Of a stretch of DNA of 64,000 bases, positions 26,308 through 39,514 are shown piece after piece. Location: contig NC_043013.1 in NCBI RefSeq assembly GCF_006345805.1, positions 40,610,001-40,674,000 on the forward strand. The letters are read 5' to 3'. This stretch comes from Octopus sinensis (lineage: Eukaryota). Each line of letters begins with the position of its first letter. Position 1 is the stretch's first letter. Below the pieces are notes generated by a model that saw only the letters and a list, made by a program, of their open reading frames with translations, was not told where the DNA came from and searched no databases. Position numbers and translations under genes: made by a program.

Positions 26308-26545
26308 AAGGCGGTGAGCTGGCAGAAACGTTAGCACGCCGGGCGAAATGCTTAGCGGTATTTCGTCTGCGTTATGTTGTGAGTTCAAATTCCGCCGAGG
26401 TCGACTTTGCCTTTCATCCTTTCGGGGTCGATAAATTAAGTACCAGTTACGCACTGGGGTCGATGTAATCAACTTAATACCTATGTCTGTCCTTGTTTGT
26501 CCCCTCTATGTTTAGCTCCTTGTGGGTAATAAAGAAATAGGTATT
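26308..26545 (+). mobile_element. SINE family A, young copy
   Basis: CpG-intact and full length; flanked by the direct repeat ggtatttgtagataa (TSD-like). Confidence 0.9.
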
Positions 26546-27185
26546 TGTAGATAAAACATTGGTGCTAGAAAGGAAATTCTGAAGGTTTGGCTTTCTGGAG
26601 AGTAAGGATTAAGTGCAGTGATGGGGACAGACACATAACCCCACCCACACACATACACGTATATGAGTGGTTTCTTTCAGTTTCCGTCTGCCAAATTCAC
26701 TCGCAATGTTTTGATTGGCCCAAGATGCTATGCAGTGGGACTGAACCTGGAACCATGTTGTTGGGAAGCAAGTTTCTTATTACCACAGAGCCATGTATGT
26801 TTTTAATTAATTTTATAACAGAAAATATTTTATTTATAATTGTTTGACACAAACATTTATATAAAGTTAATTCTATAAAAAATTGTTTTAAGGTTGAAAA
26901 TTGTATTTTAAGCATTTTTGGGGGTTAAGATTCTTGCGTCAATAAAAAACAGAAAAAATGTACAAAAATGTTTCTTATAAGAAATGTCAGCTCAAAAAGA
27001 GAATGGTTTACATTTGAAGAACTAAAGCAGACTCAGTTCCATTTAGTTTTACTGAAAATTGGTTGATTGCTGGGAGCATTTGGAAGTTAATGAGCATAAG
27101 GGAGAGACGTGTCATTGAAGCAGAAGAGATAATTACAATATTGATTCAGTCATGTATGTGGTCCTTTGTAGACATGCAGACCTTT

Positions 27186-27198
27186 ATATGTATGAGTT

Positions 27199-27229
<31 letters not shown>

Positions 27230-27288
27230 GTATGTATATATATATGTATGTATGTATAAACAAACCTAAGTAATTTGTGTGTATATAT

Positions 27289-27324
<36 letters not shown>

Positions 27325-27920
27325 CAGGTATGTATATGTAGGCTTGTATATGTAGGTTTGTGTATGCATGTGTGTATATGTATGTATGCATATGTGCGTA
27401 TTTGTAGGTATATATATCTGTGTATGTATGTATATGCAGGGATATGTGTGTGTATGTTTATGTAGACAAGTATGTGTATATACGTATGTATAAATGTATA
27501 TATGTGCATGCACATGTATATGTATGTATGTGTGCGTGTACACATGTAGATATATGTATGCATGTGTGTGTGTACACATGTAGATATATGTATGCATGTG
27601 TGTGTGTATACATGTAGATATATGTATGCATGTGTGTGTGTACACATGTAGATGTATGTATATATATGTGTGTGTCCACATGTAGATATATGTATATGTG
27701 TGTGTGTGTACATATGTAGATGTATGTATATGTGTGTGTGTAGATATGTAGATGTATGTATACATGTGTGTGTGTAGACGTAGATGTATTTATACGTGTG
27801 TGTGTGTGTAGACATGTAGATGTATATATACATGTGTGTGTACACATGTAAATGTATGTATGCATGTGTGTATGTATACGTAGATATATGTATGTATGTG
27901 TATACATGTATGAGTGTGTG
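27186..27920. repeat. Long compound (TG/TA/CA) microsatellite-minisatellite
   Basis: Seen directly; recurring tacacatgtagatatatgtatgcatgtgtg unit. Confidence 0.9.
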
Positions 27921-28384
27921 TTGATAAAAGGCACATATAAAAATGTTTGGATGTATGTATAATCAAGTTTAGTTTAGTTCTGCAGGTTCGATTCCAGACC
28001 TAATTCTCATCCCTTCTCCTACCTGTAATGTGTAACTGAGATCTTCAGCCTGGAGCAGGATCGACTTTGCTTGCCTTATCATGGAAGGTCTTATGCTTTA
28101 GTTAAAGGACATTTTCATGTGTTTGTTCAATGGTAAAATTTAAATCATTGTAAACACAACAACCTCCCCACCACAATCACTTTTCAAATAAATTTTATAT
28201 GCCCCTTAGCCCAATATGGGCCCTGATCAAGCAGACCAGCAATGACCATCCTGTTCCACCACCACCAAGCACGGTGCATCTAGAGCACTTTTAGTGTGTA
28301 CTTGTCTAATACAGTAGAGTATGATAGGATGTTATTTCTAGCAGGTTAAGTGATTTATTATATCGACTATCTATTAACTCATGT

Positions 28385-28423
<39 letters not shown>

Positions 28424-28494
28424 TTATACTGAACATTGTTAGTAAATTGAGCAGATCCAGAAATGGTTAAAAATGTCTCTAAGAATTTGATTAC

Positions 28495-30160
28495 ATCTTT
28501 TGCTTGTTTCAGTCATTAGCCTGCAGCCATGGAGGGGCACCTCCTTGGAGGATTTTAACTGAATGAATCATCCCTTCCCCTGCCACCCATTACTTTTTTT
28601 CCTTTAAAGCTGGTACTTATTCTATCAATCTTTTTTGCCAAACCCCTAAGTTATGAGGATGTAAACACACCAACACCAGTCAAGTGGTAGTGATGGGGAT
28701 AAACACGTACATACACACACATGTATATATACATGATGGGCTTCTTTCAGTTTCTATCTACCAATTCCACTCACAAGGCTTTTGTAGAAGACACTTGCCC
28801 AAGGTGTCACACCGTGGGACTGAACTTGGAAACATGTGGTTGGGAAGCAAATGTCTTACCGCTCAAAAATCTAAGTTAAATCTAAATTGTATATAAATGT
28901 ATTGTGCTAGGTAGATGGTTTATATTAGGTTACATAGTTACTCAATCTGGTAGAAATAGCAGCCAAACTTCCTTCAAAATCACTTTTATTCTTTTACTTG
29001 TTTCAATCATTTGACTGCGGCCATGCTGGAGCACAGCCTTAAAGGGTTTTAGTTGAAGGAATCAACCCCAAGACTTATTCTTTGTAAGCCTAGTACTTAT
29101 TCTATCAGTCTCATTCACCAAACCACTAAGTTACAGGGACATAAACACACCAGCATCAGTTGTCAAGCAATGGTGGAAAGACAAACACAGACTCAAAAGC
29201 ACATACACATAAATATCTACATACATACACACATGACAGGCTTCTTTCAGTTTCCACCTACCAAATCAATTCACAAGGCTTTGGTTGGCCTGAGGCTATA
29301 GCTGAAAATGCCCAGGGACTGAACTTGGAACCATGTAGTTGGGAAGCAAGGTTCTTACCACACAGCCACGCCTGTGCCTATGTTCAATTAAAAAAAAAGA
29401 AAGAGGAGGATACATTAGATAATGTTGTCCTAAAAACACTGAGTCTGGAAAAGAATAAGACAGGATGATCATGTCTAGAAACCCTGTTCATCATTGGAGC
29501 AGTAGTTCAGTTATCCAGGGAACCTGTTGTGTGTGTGTGTGTGTGTTTTGTGTTTGTTCCCAAATTGTTCGACAACCAGTATTGCTTTGTTTACAGCCCA
29601 GTTACTTAACAGTTTGACAAAAGAAATCAATAGGACAAGTACCAGACTTTAAAAGAACAAGTATTGGGGTTGATTTATTCTACTAAGTTCTTTGAGACAG
29701 ACAGTGCTGTAGCATGGCCACATTCTAATGACTGAAACAAGTAAAAATGGATCAGAACAGACCTTAGGCTGAACAAGAAGACAGGTTATTATAGATATTC
29801 TTCTATTCTTTTATTTGTTTCAGTCATTTGACTGCGGTCATGCTGGAGCACTGCCTTTAGTCGAATAAATCGACCCCAGGACTTATTCTTTGTAAGCCCA
29901 GTACTTATTCTATCGGTTTCTTTTGCTGAACCACTAAGTTACGGTGACGTAAACACACCAACATCGATTGTCAAGGGATGGTGGGGGGGACAAACATATA
30001 TATATATATATACAACAAGCTTCTTTCAGTTTCCATCTACCAAATCTAGTCCGAGGCTAGAGTGGAAGACACGTGCCCAAGGTGCCATCCAGTGGGACTG
30101 AACTTGGAACCATGTGGTTGGTAAGCAAGCTACTTACCACTCAGCCAATCCTGTGGCTAT
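28495..30160 (-). mobile_element. Cluster of tRNA-derived SINE family B copies
   Basis: Repeated ttgtttcagtcatt...ctttcagtttcc...gggactgaac...ccatgtggttg; the same family occurs at 32465-32856, 45300-45665, 48930-49325, 17650-17940 and 62347-62520. Confidence 0.85.
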
Positions 30161-31659
30161 ATGCATATATATATATTAAGTATGCTTTCTTAGGAAATAT
30201 CTCTCCTTTATTGAAGGTTAATTGTGATTTAAAATTTTTCTCTTTGTAATAATTAGAAGTGTTACTATATAGAAATAGAAATTGTAACCATGGCCGATGC
30301 CAGTGTCACATAACTTGCCCCCATGCTGGTGGCACATAAAATGCACCCATTACACTCTTGGAGTGGTTGGTGTTAGGAAAGGCATTGAGTCATAGAAATC
30401 ATGCTAAATCAGATTGGAGTCTGGTGCAGCTCTCCAGCTTACTAGCTTTGGTCTAATCATGAAACCCATGCCAGCATGGAAAGCAGATGCTAATTGATGA
30501 TGTTGATGATGATGTCTTCTGTACTGGCAACAGCTGAATGGTTCAACAGGTGCCAATTGTCCGAGGACTATGTTGTGTTCCAATGCCTGCTTTGACATGG
30601 TTCCTACTGCCAAATGCCCTTCCTAATTCCAACCACTTTCAGCATGTCTGGGTGCATTTTGCTGCCAGCAGCACTAGTGAGGGTCACCATGTAGCTCTTG
30701 AGATTAAAATTCCCCTTCAACTGATGGGGATTATAGAAGAGAGGGAGAGGCTGGGTGTTGAGAGGGTAAAGTATGAAGGAATGGGTAGGAAAAGGATTCT
30801 TGCTGCAGAGGAGATACATGGTTACCTTGCATTCTATAAGAATGGGTGGAAATAATCAGGGTGGAGCAAAGTTTAAATACTTTGAAAGGAAATGCTCTGA
30901 TACCCTCTTTCCATATTGTTATGTTGACATAAAAAACGGATGTAAATATTTTCAATTCCTTCCGTTCTGTTGTAGACACTTTATTCTGTGCATAAACTCA
31001 TAATATTAATTTCCAACAACAGCCCCCAAGTGACTTTAGAAAGTTAAAACTATCATTTTATCAACAAAGTTTCCTTTCACATACTTCTCTGATGATAATG
31101 ATACTTAGCAACATTCATGTCTATCAAAATACATATTATGTTCATCTGTAGAGGAAGGTTACAGTTCTGTCCACATATCTTAGTTGGAACTACTCCCAAG
31201 TAAAGGTCACTCTTACCTTGTTGAAGCTGATATTTCTATTTTATTGTTAAAACTCGAGATATTTTAATTCTAATTTAAATACTAATATCTAGTATTTCAT
31301 AAGGCTTGAACTCATCACCATTCAGTTCACTCAAGTTAACTGGTAAAACTTTCTTCCAAAACTTTCATTCATTGCCAAAAGTCCCCTAAAAACATTACCT
31401 TCAATCTCTGGTTTACCTCTGTATTATTTCCCTTTCATCTCTTCCACTGTTTCTGAATAATTACAAAATGGATCTTGTATGTAGTTGCCTGATGTGCTAG
31501 AAATAGCTGGCTAATCTTCCTTAGATCACATTGTATTCATCCTCATTTAACACCCATGTTCTATGCTGGCATGGGTTGGACAGTGATGGATCCAAGGACT
31601 GCATCATGTTCCAGTATCTGCTTTGGTATGGTTTTTATGGATTAATGTCAACTGTTTAG

Positions 31660-31708
<49 letters not shown>

Positions 31709-31867
31709 GAAATATATTTGCCACTTAAATGTGGCTAACCCTTAAGGGTGGATGCTACTGTAACTTGTAGCCCCAGGAGGACACCTCCTCCAGATGGCTA
31801 TTGACACACTTTCTGTGCCCTATCAGTATTTGCAAAGGGAAGCCATCCTTCCCATCTCCAGCCTGAC

Positions 31868-31926
31868 GTGATACACAGAGACCTGAGTTTCTGGGTATTG
31901 GCCCGTCATCAGCATATGAGAATCAC
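31868..31926 (-). ncRNA. Type I hammerhead ribozyme (inverted copy)
   Basis: Minus strand: CTGATGA-CGGG-CCAATA-CCCA-GAAA-CTCAG-GTC. Confidence 0.7.
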
Positions 31927-32107
31927 TGGTTGTCGATGTGAAGTGGTTCCCTGGGGCTACAGTATCATCCACCCTTAAAGGTTAGCCACATTTAAGTGAC
32001 AAATATGCTTCACGATGTCATGCGGCTACTGTTTATACCTCGCTCAGAGATTTATTATTGCTTGTTTACACTTTTTCAAGATCAGTGACTTTTCTTCACT
32101 GGAAAAA

Positions 32108-32157
<50 letters not shown>

Positions 32158-32189
32158 TTGCATTGGGAACCACTTCACACCGACAACTG

Positions 32190-32248
32190 GTGATTGTCAC
32201 ATACTGATGATGGGTTATTACCCAGAAACTCGGGTCCGTGTGTATCAC
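32190..32248 (+). ncRNA. Type I hammerhead ribozyme
   Basis: CTGATGA, helix II TGGGT-TATT-ACCCA, GAAA-CTCGG-GTC; imperfect helix I (gtgat..cacata / cgtgtg..atcac). Confidence 0.8.
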
Positions 32249-33320
32249 GTCAGGTTGGAGATGGGCAAGATGGCTTCCCTTTGCAAATACTGATAGGTCA
32301 CAGAAAGTGTGTCAATAGCCAACTGGAGGAGGTGTCCTCCTGGGGCTACAAACTACAGTAGCATCCACCCTTAAGGGTTAGCCACATTTAAGTGGCAAAT
32401 ATACTTCGCGATGTCGTGCAGCTACTGTTTATACCTCACTCAGAGATTTATTATCGCTTATTTTATTCTTTTCTTTTCTTTTACTTGTTTCAGTCATTTG
32501 ACTGCGGCCATGCTGGAGCACCGCCTTTAGTCGAGCAAATCGACCCCGGGACTTATTCTTTGTAAGCCCAGTACTTATTCTATCGGTCTCATTTGCCGAA
32601 CCGCTAAGTGACGGGGACGTAAGCACACCAGCATCGGTTGTCAAGCAATGCTAGGGGGAAAAACACAAACACATACACACACATATATATATATACGACA
32701 GGCTTCTTTCAGTTTCCATCTACCAAATCCACTCACAAGGCATTGGTCAGCCCGGGGCTATAGCAGAAGACACTTGCCCAAGATGCCACGCAGTGGGACT
32801 GAACCCGGAACCATGTGGTTGGTTAGCAAGCTACTTACCACACAGCCACTCCTGTGGATAATTAATCAAAGGATATACTAAGTATGTATGCCTGATGGAA
32901 ATAAAAGTCAAACCTCTTATTTGAATTGTCAAAATACACTCATAATAACTACAGAGATCAAACGTCTGAAGTCAAACGGACTAAGACAATCTCCCATTGT
33001 ACATTAAGTATTTGGATTCACATGGACCGGTTTTTACACTGGCAAAAATAGCCTCAGCTTCCTCAGCATATGTTACCATGATAGAGACTTTCAACCCATC
33101 ATATTGAAGTCTGCACTGCAACTGACTTGTTTTGCACCAAAATCATGGCAGCCACCAGTGTGAAAATAATTTCAATACAGAGCAAATAATTCACAAGAAA
33201 AGAAAACAACTCACAAAAAGTAATTTGCAAAGATACTAGATAATAACAGAATCAATGGTATCTTCACAAATTATTTTTTCATGAATTATTTGCTCTGTAT
33301 TTATATATATATATATATAT

Positions 33321-33352
<32 letters not shown>

Positions 33353-33456
33353 TATATACATATATATTCTGTCCAAAGTCAGACGCCATGATAGATCGTT
33401 AGCTACTACACACATTTTTTTCTCTCCTTGTTTCTCTCCTTGTTTTTTTCTATGTA

Positions 33457-33494
33457 TCTTTCTGTAGAAGAGCATAGGCTCGAAACGTAAAAGA
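33457..33494 (+). ncRNA. Variant minimal hammerhead-like motif
   Basis: TCTTT-CTGTAGAA-GAGC-ATAG-GCTC-GAAA-CG-TA-AAAGA; non-canonical core; in a ~210-bp element between (TA)n tracts. Confidence 0.6.
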
Positions 33495-33583
33495 CTTTTT
33501 CTATTCCTGAGCACTATACTAATACATCTGTTTGTTTGTACACCTCCTGCCTTCGTCTTTTGTTTATTTTCGTAAACTTTCCC

Positions 33584-33619
<36 letters not shown>

Positions 33620-36070
33620 TGTCACTGGCACTAGTGAGGTTGCCATGCAACTCACAAGACAATGAAACCTGAAGCTTTATGTTAAAGTATGCAAGATGTG
33701 GAAGGGGCAGTAGAGGAGGTTCTTGTTTTAGAGAAGCTATATATCTGTGGTCCTAGACATACTGTCTGCAAACAAAAAAAAAACAAAAAACGGTTGGATT
33801 GTCATGCTTGGAATGCCTTTGCTTATTAGTCTACTCGATCAGAGCTTAGTTGCAACCTAACAACTTCACTGTCCTCACAATAAGCCAAATCTCCTCTCAA
33901 TCACACCTTTCTCATCTTAAAAGCGAAATAAATAACACATTGATAATGTAGCCCTAGTTACATTAAGCATGTAAAAAATATGGGATCATTGTGGTTTGAC
34001 TGATCATTTGGGCATGAATTTGTTCAATAAAGAAACAACTACAATCCCACCCACTTTATCACCAAACAGGCTGTCTGGCTTCCATGTCACCAGGGAGATT
34101 TCATTCTTCTCTTGATTCCTGATCTCACTCTAACTTGAAATATAAATCTAGCATCAATTGTATCAATATGATGTCATCAAGTTTAGTTTGAGACTGCAAT
34201 TAACTTAATGAGACTCTGTAAAGCATGGATGCTTATTGACAATGGTTATTCCACTGCAGAACTTACTAGACTTGAACAATAAATGGGTGGGGAAGGAAAA
34301 TTTAACTGCAGTCTCTTCAAATTTTAACTACTACCTTAATATATACCAACATGACTAAGTGCACTAGAAACTTGAAGCTATTAGTTTCTCTCTGCAGTCT
34401 TTGATACATTTGTGTTGTAAAAATGATAGTTTTACAAAAACAAGGAAATAAAAACATTAATAGAAACCTTTAAGTAGATATTACATTTCTTTTATATTTG
34501 CATTATTTTTCTTCAGTGTTAGATTGGATGACAATGTTTTGCAGATCTCTGTAATTATATGTTCATGTAAATCAGTGGTTATCAAACATTGTTTTTACCT
34601 ATGGACTCTTGTCATTACTATTTTACTCCACTGGTCCCTCTAGTGATTCAATGTTTTAAAAAACTTCTCTGTGTTTTTGATCTTATATTATAAAAGAGAA
34701 GCTGATCTCCATCTGTCTGTCTGTCTGTCTGTCACAACATTTATGTAGAAGGAGGGAAAAACAGGAATAAAAAGTGGAGATAGCCCCCATTACAACGTAT
34801 ATTTAGAAGGGAAGAAGGAAGGAGACAAAGTTGTGAGAGAAATGCACTGAGAGAAAGAGAGGGGAAAGAGAGAAAATGCATGTGTATGTGAAAGATAGGT
34901 AGTGTTGTCCGCCATAGTAACTAATAAGCTTTGATTTAAAACATTGGAATTTTAAGTTTAAGTCTGTCAACACAATGCAACACACTTCAAAAAAGTAAAT
35001 ATGAGCATATAAAATACATATAGTTATTTCTTAGGTTCTTTGTGTGTGTTTTTTTCAACATATAGACAATGCAAGATAGAATTAAAATGTATAAAAAAAA
35101 AAGAAAACATTGTTGTTGAGTATATCAATGTGATCATTGTTGTGGGCTTCTGTGAAGGATGTATTTCAGCTTGACTAGGTTATTACCCGGCAGTGTAGCG
35201 ATGGATATTGACTAGTTAAATATTATTAGAAATTGTAAAAAAAAATTGAGATATTTTATGTATTGTAGAATTGTAACCAATTTCTTGCTCATAAACTTTA
35301 ACAACAAAATCTTATTTGGACACCCAAGGGCCATATGGACCCTAATTGAGAACCTCAGGTGTAAATAGTGGACACATACATGGGTCCATGTTCAAAAACT
35401 GTTCACTGTAACTGTATGGTTTTGAGTTTGATTCCCACAACCATAGGCCTTAGGTCATCTGATGACCTTTTATGAGTGAAATTTGGCAGGCTGGCACTAT
35501 TAGAAAGCCTGTTAGTGAGACGATCTTTATGGGGTGGTAGACTTAATATACCACCTGGTCTAACATCACCCTCTGATCCTTTCATGCCTTTACAGAAATT
35601 CATTCTAAGTATTCAAGTCAAATCTTTTTCTCTGATAAATCTTGGAATCCCTGAAAAAGGGTAGTGGGTGCTTGCCTTCTTTGTGTGACTAAGAAATTAA
35701 AACATCGTTATAGGCATGGTTGTGTGTTAAGAAACTTGCTTCTCAACCAAATGGTTCTGAGTTTAGCTCCACTGAGTTTAGCTCCACTCACCTGGCAAAA
35801 ATGAGTAACAATGTGAGGGACTGCCATCCTATATGTGGGGGTGATATATACCACCATCATCTTCATTGTTTAATGTCCACCTTCCATGTATGCATGGGTA
35901 GGATGGTTAACAGGAGGCAGCCTAGTAGAAAACTACTCTAGGCTACTGTGTTTCTTTTGGCAAGGTTTTTACAGCTGGATATCCTTCCTAAGACCAACCA
36001 CTTTGCATCTTTCTTCTTAGTGACTCAGAGAAGGACGGAAATAAATATAAAGTTAGATAAGGCTGGTTTC

Positions 36071-36133
36071 TGGGATTATCCTGGGTTTCACGTCCACAAA
36101 GCACTTAGCTTTACAGCATATCGTCAGATCCCA
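36071..36133 (-). ncRNA. Type I hammerhead ribozyme in the inverted pLTR
   Basis: Minus strand: TGGGAT-CTGACGA-(helix II)-GAAA-CCCAGGA-TA-ATCCCA; 6-bp helix I. Confidence 0.75.
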
Positions 36134-36795
36134 AACCTGTTGGTTTATGGCCTCTCTAGCATGTGGCGTCTCTAGAAAATGGAGGCGGAAAATACTTTGT
36201 TACTCCAACACCATCACCACCTTCAATAATGCTAACACCAGTGGTAGCAGCAGCTTCAACACCAGCAGATACAACATTGCCAACACCCAAGCATGGATAT
36301 ACATTGGATGCTCTAGTAACATATTCAAGCAACACCTCTCCAACCATGGATCCTCCTTCAGGATATTGGAAAGGAGATATGTTACGTCATTAGCCAGCCA
36401 TGTATGGCAGCTGAAGGACAATGGAATTCCACAAGTAATATCATGGAGAATCCTAAAAAGTTCAGGCCCCTACATAAATGAGAACAAGCATTGTAAAGTG
36501 TGCATAGTTGAATGGGTGAGGATACTAAAGGACTCACTCAACCTGGGGAACATCCTTCATTCCAGAATGGAAGTATTCAGACCATGCATGCTTGTAATTC
36601 AGGAAATTCCTGCTGATCTACTGGGACCCACACAATAACAGGGTCACTCACAAATGACAGCCAAAGGAAGACAATCCCCTGTTGATGACCGAGTAATGAA
36701 GTCTTTTCCTCCTCCATTTTCTAGAGAGGCCACTTGCTACAGAGACCATAAGCCAACAGGTTCAGCATCTGACGACATGCTGTAAAGCTAAGTGC
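36071..36795 (+). mobile_element. Penelope-like element 3' fragment: GIY-YIG endonuclease C-terminal half flanked by inverted pLTR arms
   Basis: ORF 36147-36638 reads YIG...FKQ..SNH.SSFR...TSLASHVWQLKD...ISWRIL...PY...CKVC; arms 36101-36205 and 36691-36795 are inverted. Confidence 0.85.
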
Positions 36796-38104
36796 AGTCT
36801 TGTGGTTTCAGGTTTGATCCTTCTACATGGTACCTTGGGCAAGTGTCTCCTGCTCTGTCTACTACAGCCTTAGGTTGATCGATGTCTTGTTAGTAAAGTT
36901 TGGCAGATAGAAACTGTACATTGACTCGATCTGTTTATGTTGGATATGTCCGGTAGCTTAATGGTTTAACATGAAATGTGGAATAAAGTACCTTACTTGA
37001 AAAACAAATAAAGGTTAGTATTAGAAACAAAATTCAGCTGTTCAATACTGTCTCAAGAAGTATTGTCCACATCATGCCCCAGGCATAGACTGAAGCAGAT
37101 ATAAAAATATTTATATAGAATTTTTAGAGGCAGCAAAACACAAAGTTGTTGAACATTCATGGTGTTCCAATTAAGTTAATGGAACTGAAGTAAGCTGAGT
37201 GTGTCAATGATTTTATCTCTGACATGCTATGATCACTATGATCATATAATTTTAATGTATCCTACATAAGGCTGAAGTCTTTAGTGACCAGACTGACTAC
37301 AAAAATTATTTTTTTATTTTGTTTCCATTTGAAGTTTGGATTTGAACTCTTGACCTTTGGTTGTTTGTTGTAAACTCTTAACTTCTAGGCATTATAAATT
37401 ACTGTATATTTCAATCATTACATGCTGAAAAGTTCTTAGCTTTGGGTAAAAGAAAATACAAATACAGTTAATTATGATTTTATTCAACATATTCCCCTTT
37501 CAGATTCACAAACTTATTGCAGTGGTCCTTCAGTTTTTCTTAGCTTTAGAAGGATTTGGAAGGTTGGGCCTCCATCCAGGCCTTTCAGAATACCCTTAAA
37601 GCCAGGAGCTTTTCAGCATCCCCTCATATTCTTTCTTTGACATTTTCTCACTGGGTTACACCCTAAAAGATATCCTAACTTTAACCTTGTTCAGACAGTT
37701 TTCTGTAGAATGAAGAACTACTGAGTATCAAATGACAAAACTAGGGTGAAGTGTCTCACTTAAGCTCCCGTTTTTTATATGTATATTTATTATACAGTAG
37801 TTTAGCGAAGATTTGTTTTCAACTAATCCCAGTTCAGTAATACTGTTGCCCATTTTATCTGTCATTGAGGGATGAGAGGTTTGATCCAATGAAAAATTGT
37901 GGAGCCTTTATTTCATTTAGTGTGTGTAGCAAGAAGAATTTGTGCAAAGTTAGAAACTTCCATATTTTCAGCTTTGAATAGAAATTAAAGTTGTTAGTTA
38001 ATGGGTTTATTTATACTGAACTGAGTTGCAAAATTAAGTTGTAAAAGACGAGCTTATAATTGATTTTTCATTTTATATCTGCTTTGGAATTTGGATACAC
38101 TTTA

Positions 38105-38835
38105 ACATTTGTGTGAGAAGACTTGTCAAGCCAAGTGAAATTGTAGTTGTGGTTATTGAAAGTGCCATGTAAATAGCACCCATGAAATAGTAATGATGGC
38201 CATTGTCAGAGCCATGTAAATGGCACCCATGAATCGTAGTCATGGTTGTTGATGGTGCCATATAAATGGCACCCGTGAATTGTAGTTGTGGTCATTGCTG
38301 GTACCATGTAAATGGCACCCATGAATCGTAGTCATGGTTGTTGATAGTGCCATATAAATGGCACCCATGAATTGTTGTTGTGGTCATTGCTGGTACCATG
38401 TAAATGACACTCATGAATCTTAGTCAAGATCATTGAAGGTGCCATTTACATGGCACCTGTGAATTGTAGTTGTGATTATTGCTGGTACCATGTAAAGGGC
38501 ACCCGTGAATCGTGGTCATTGCCTGTGTCATGTAAATGGCATCCGTGAATCATAGTTGTGGTTGCTGCCGGTGCCATATAAATAGCACCCATGCGTCATA
38601 GTCATGGTTGTTACCATGTAAATGGCAACCGTGAATTGTAGTTATTGCCGGTGTCCTGTAAAAAGCACATAAAAGTACCCATTACACTCTTGGAGTGGTT
38701 GGTGTTAAGAAGAGCATCCAGCTGTAGAAACCATGCCAAATCAGAGTAGAGTTTGTTGCAGCCCTTTAACTTACCAGCCCTGATCAAACTGTCCAACCCA
38801 AGCCAGCAAGGAGTGTGGACATTAAATGATTATAA
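38105..38835 (+). mobile_element. RTE-type 3' end with an expanded 46-bp palindrome-containing minisatellite (~11 units, ~38140-38670)
   Basis: Period 46 (tggcacc at 38221, 38267, 38313); followed by the shared RTE 3' tail ggagtggttggtgttaag... Confidence 0.8.
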
Positions 38836-39091
38836 TGCTAAATCGTGTTCAAATTCCAAAGTAACAGGTTTTATATTTTCACTAAATCCTTTATATAGTT
38901 ATTTTAACTTTGTATGTGACATTTGTTTTCATGTTAAGACCTGTGGAATGATTTATAGATTTGAATATCTGCATTTTTTTTTATTAGGTTTTGTCATTGG
39001 ATTGTGACCATAAAAGGGGCAACAATTTCAAAGGTTTTTGTTGAACATAATTATCCAGTACTTATATCAGTTTACTTATTTTATTCAATCA

Positions 39092-39514
39092 TCTACTATA
39101 ATACTACTCTCGTTTTTCTCCATCACAACATATCAATGACAAAGGAGGAGGTGATGGTAAACTGGTAGTGTGTTTCAACTCTGTGAGTATATGCGTGTGT
39201 GTATGTAAAAGGGGAGTATGTGAATGTTTGTGTGTGTGTGCACTGGAAGTGGGACGGTGAACATTCAATGCTGAAAAAAAAAATCAAACAGCATTTCAAC
39301 TCTGTGTGAGTATATGTGTGTGTTTGTGTACAAGGGAAGTATTTGAATGTATGTGTGAACCAGTGTTCTTTCAGTAACAAACGATGATTGATGTCACATC
39401 TCAAAAGACAACCACTAGACAACATTGACAAGTGTATTAATTTGATTTACCATCCATATTTATATATAAAATACTACAATCAGGCATCATTTTTGACAGC
39501 ACAGGGTCAGCTAG
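39092..39514 (+). mobile_element. Non-autonomous Helitron-like element
   Basis: 5' A|TCTACTATAATA, 3' GC-rich subterminal segment plus CTAG|T. Confidence 0.5.

Larger units (their letters stand above)
31711..32460. mobile_element. Penelope-like pLTR set: inverted copy (31711-31951), short direct 3' piece (~31952-32063), (TA)n, direct copy (32165-32460)
   Basis: Mutual inverted and direct similarity; each long copy carries a hammerhead. Confidence 0.8.

Noticed and set aside
27150-27934. Long His/Thr/Tyr/Ile-rich ORFs (also 237-576, 43977-44762, 52040-52642)
   Set aside because: Translations of TA/CA/TG microsatellites; no splice or codon evidence.
38140-38670. CRISPR-like look (palindromic repeats with linkers)
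   Set aside because: The linkers are homologous to each other, the context is a eukaryotic retroelement UTR, and there are no cas genes.
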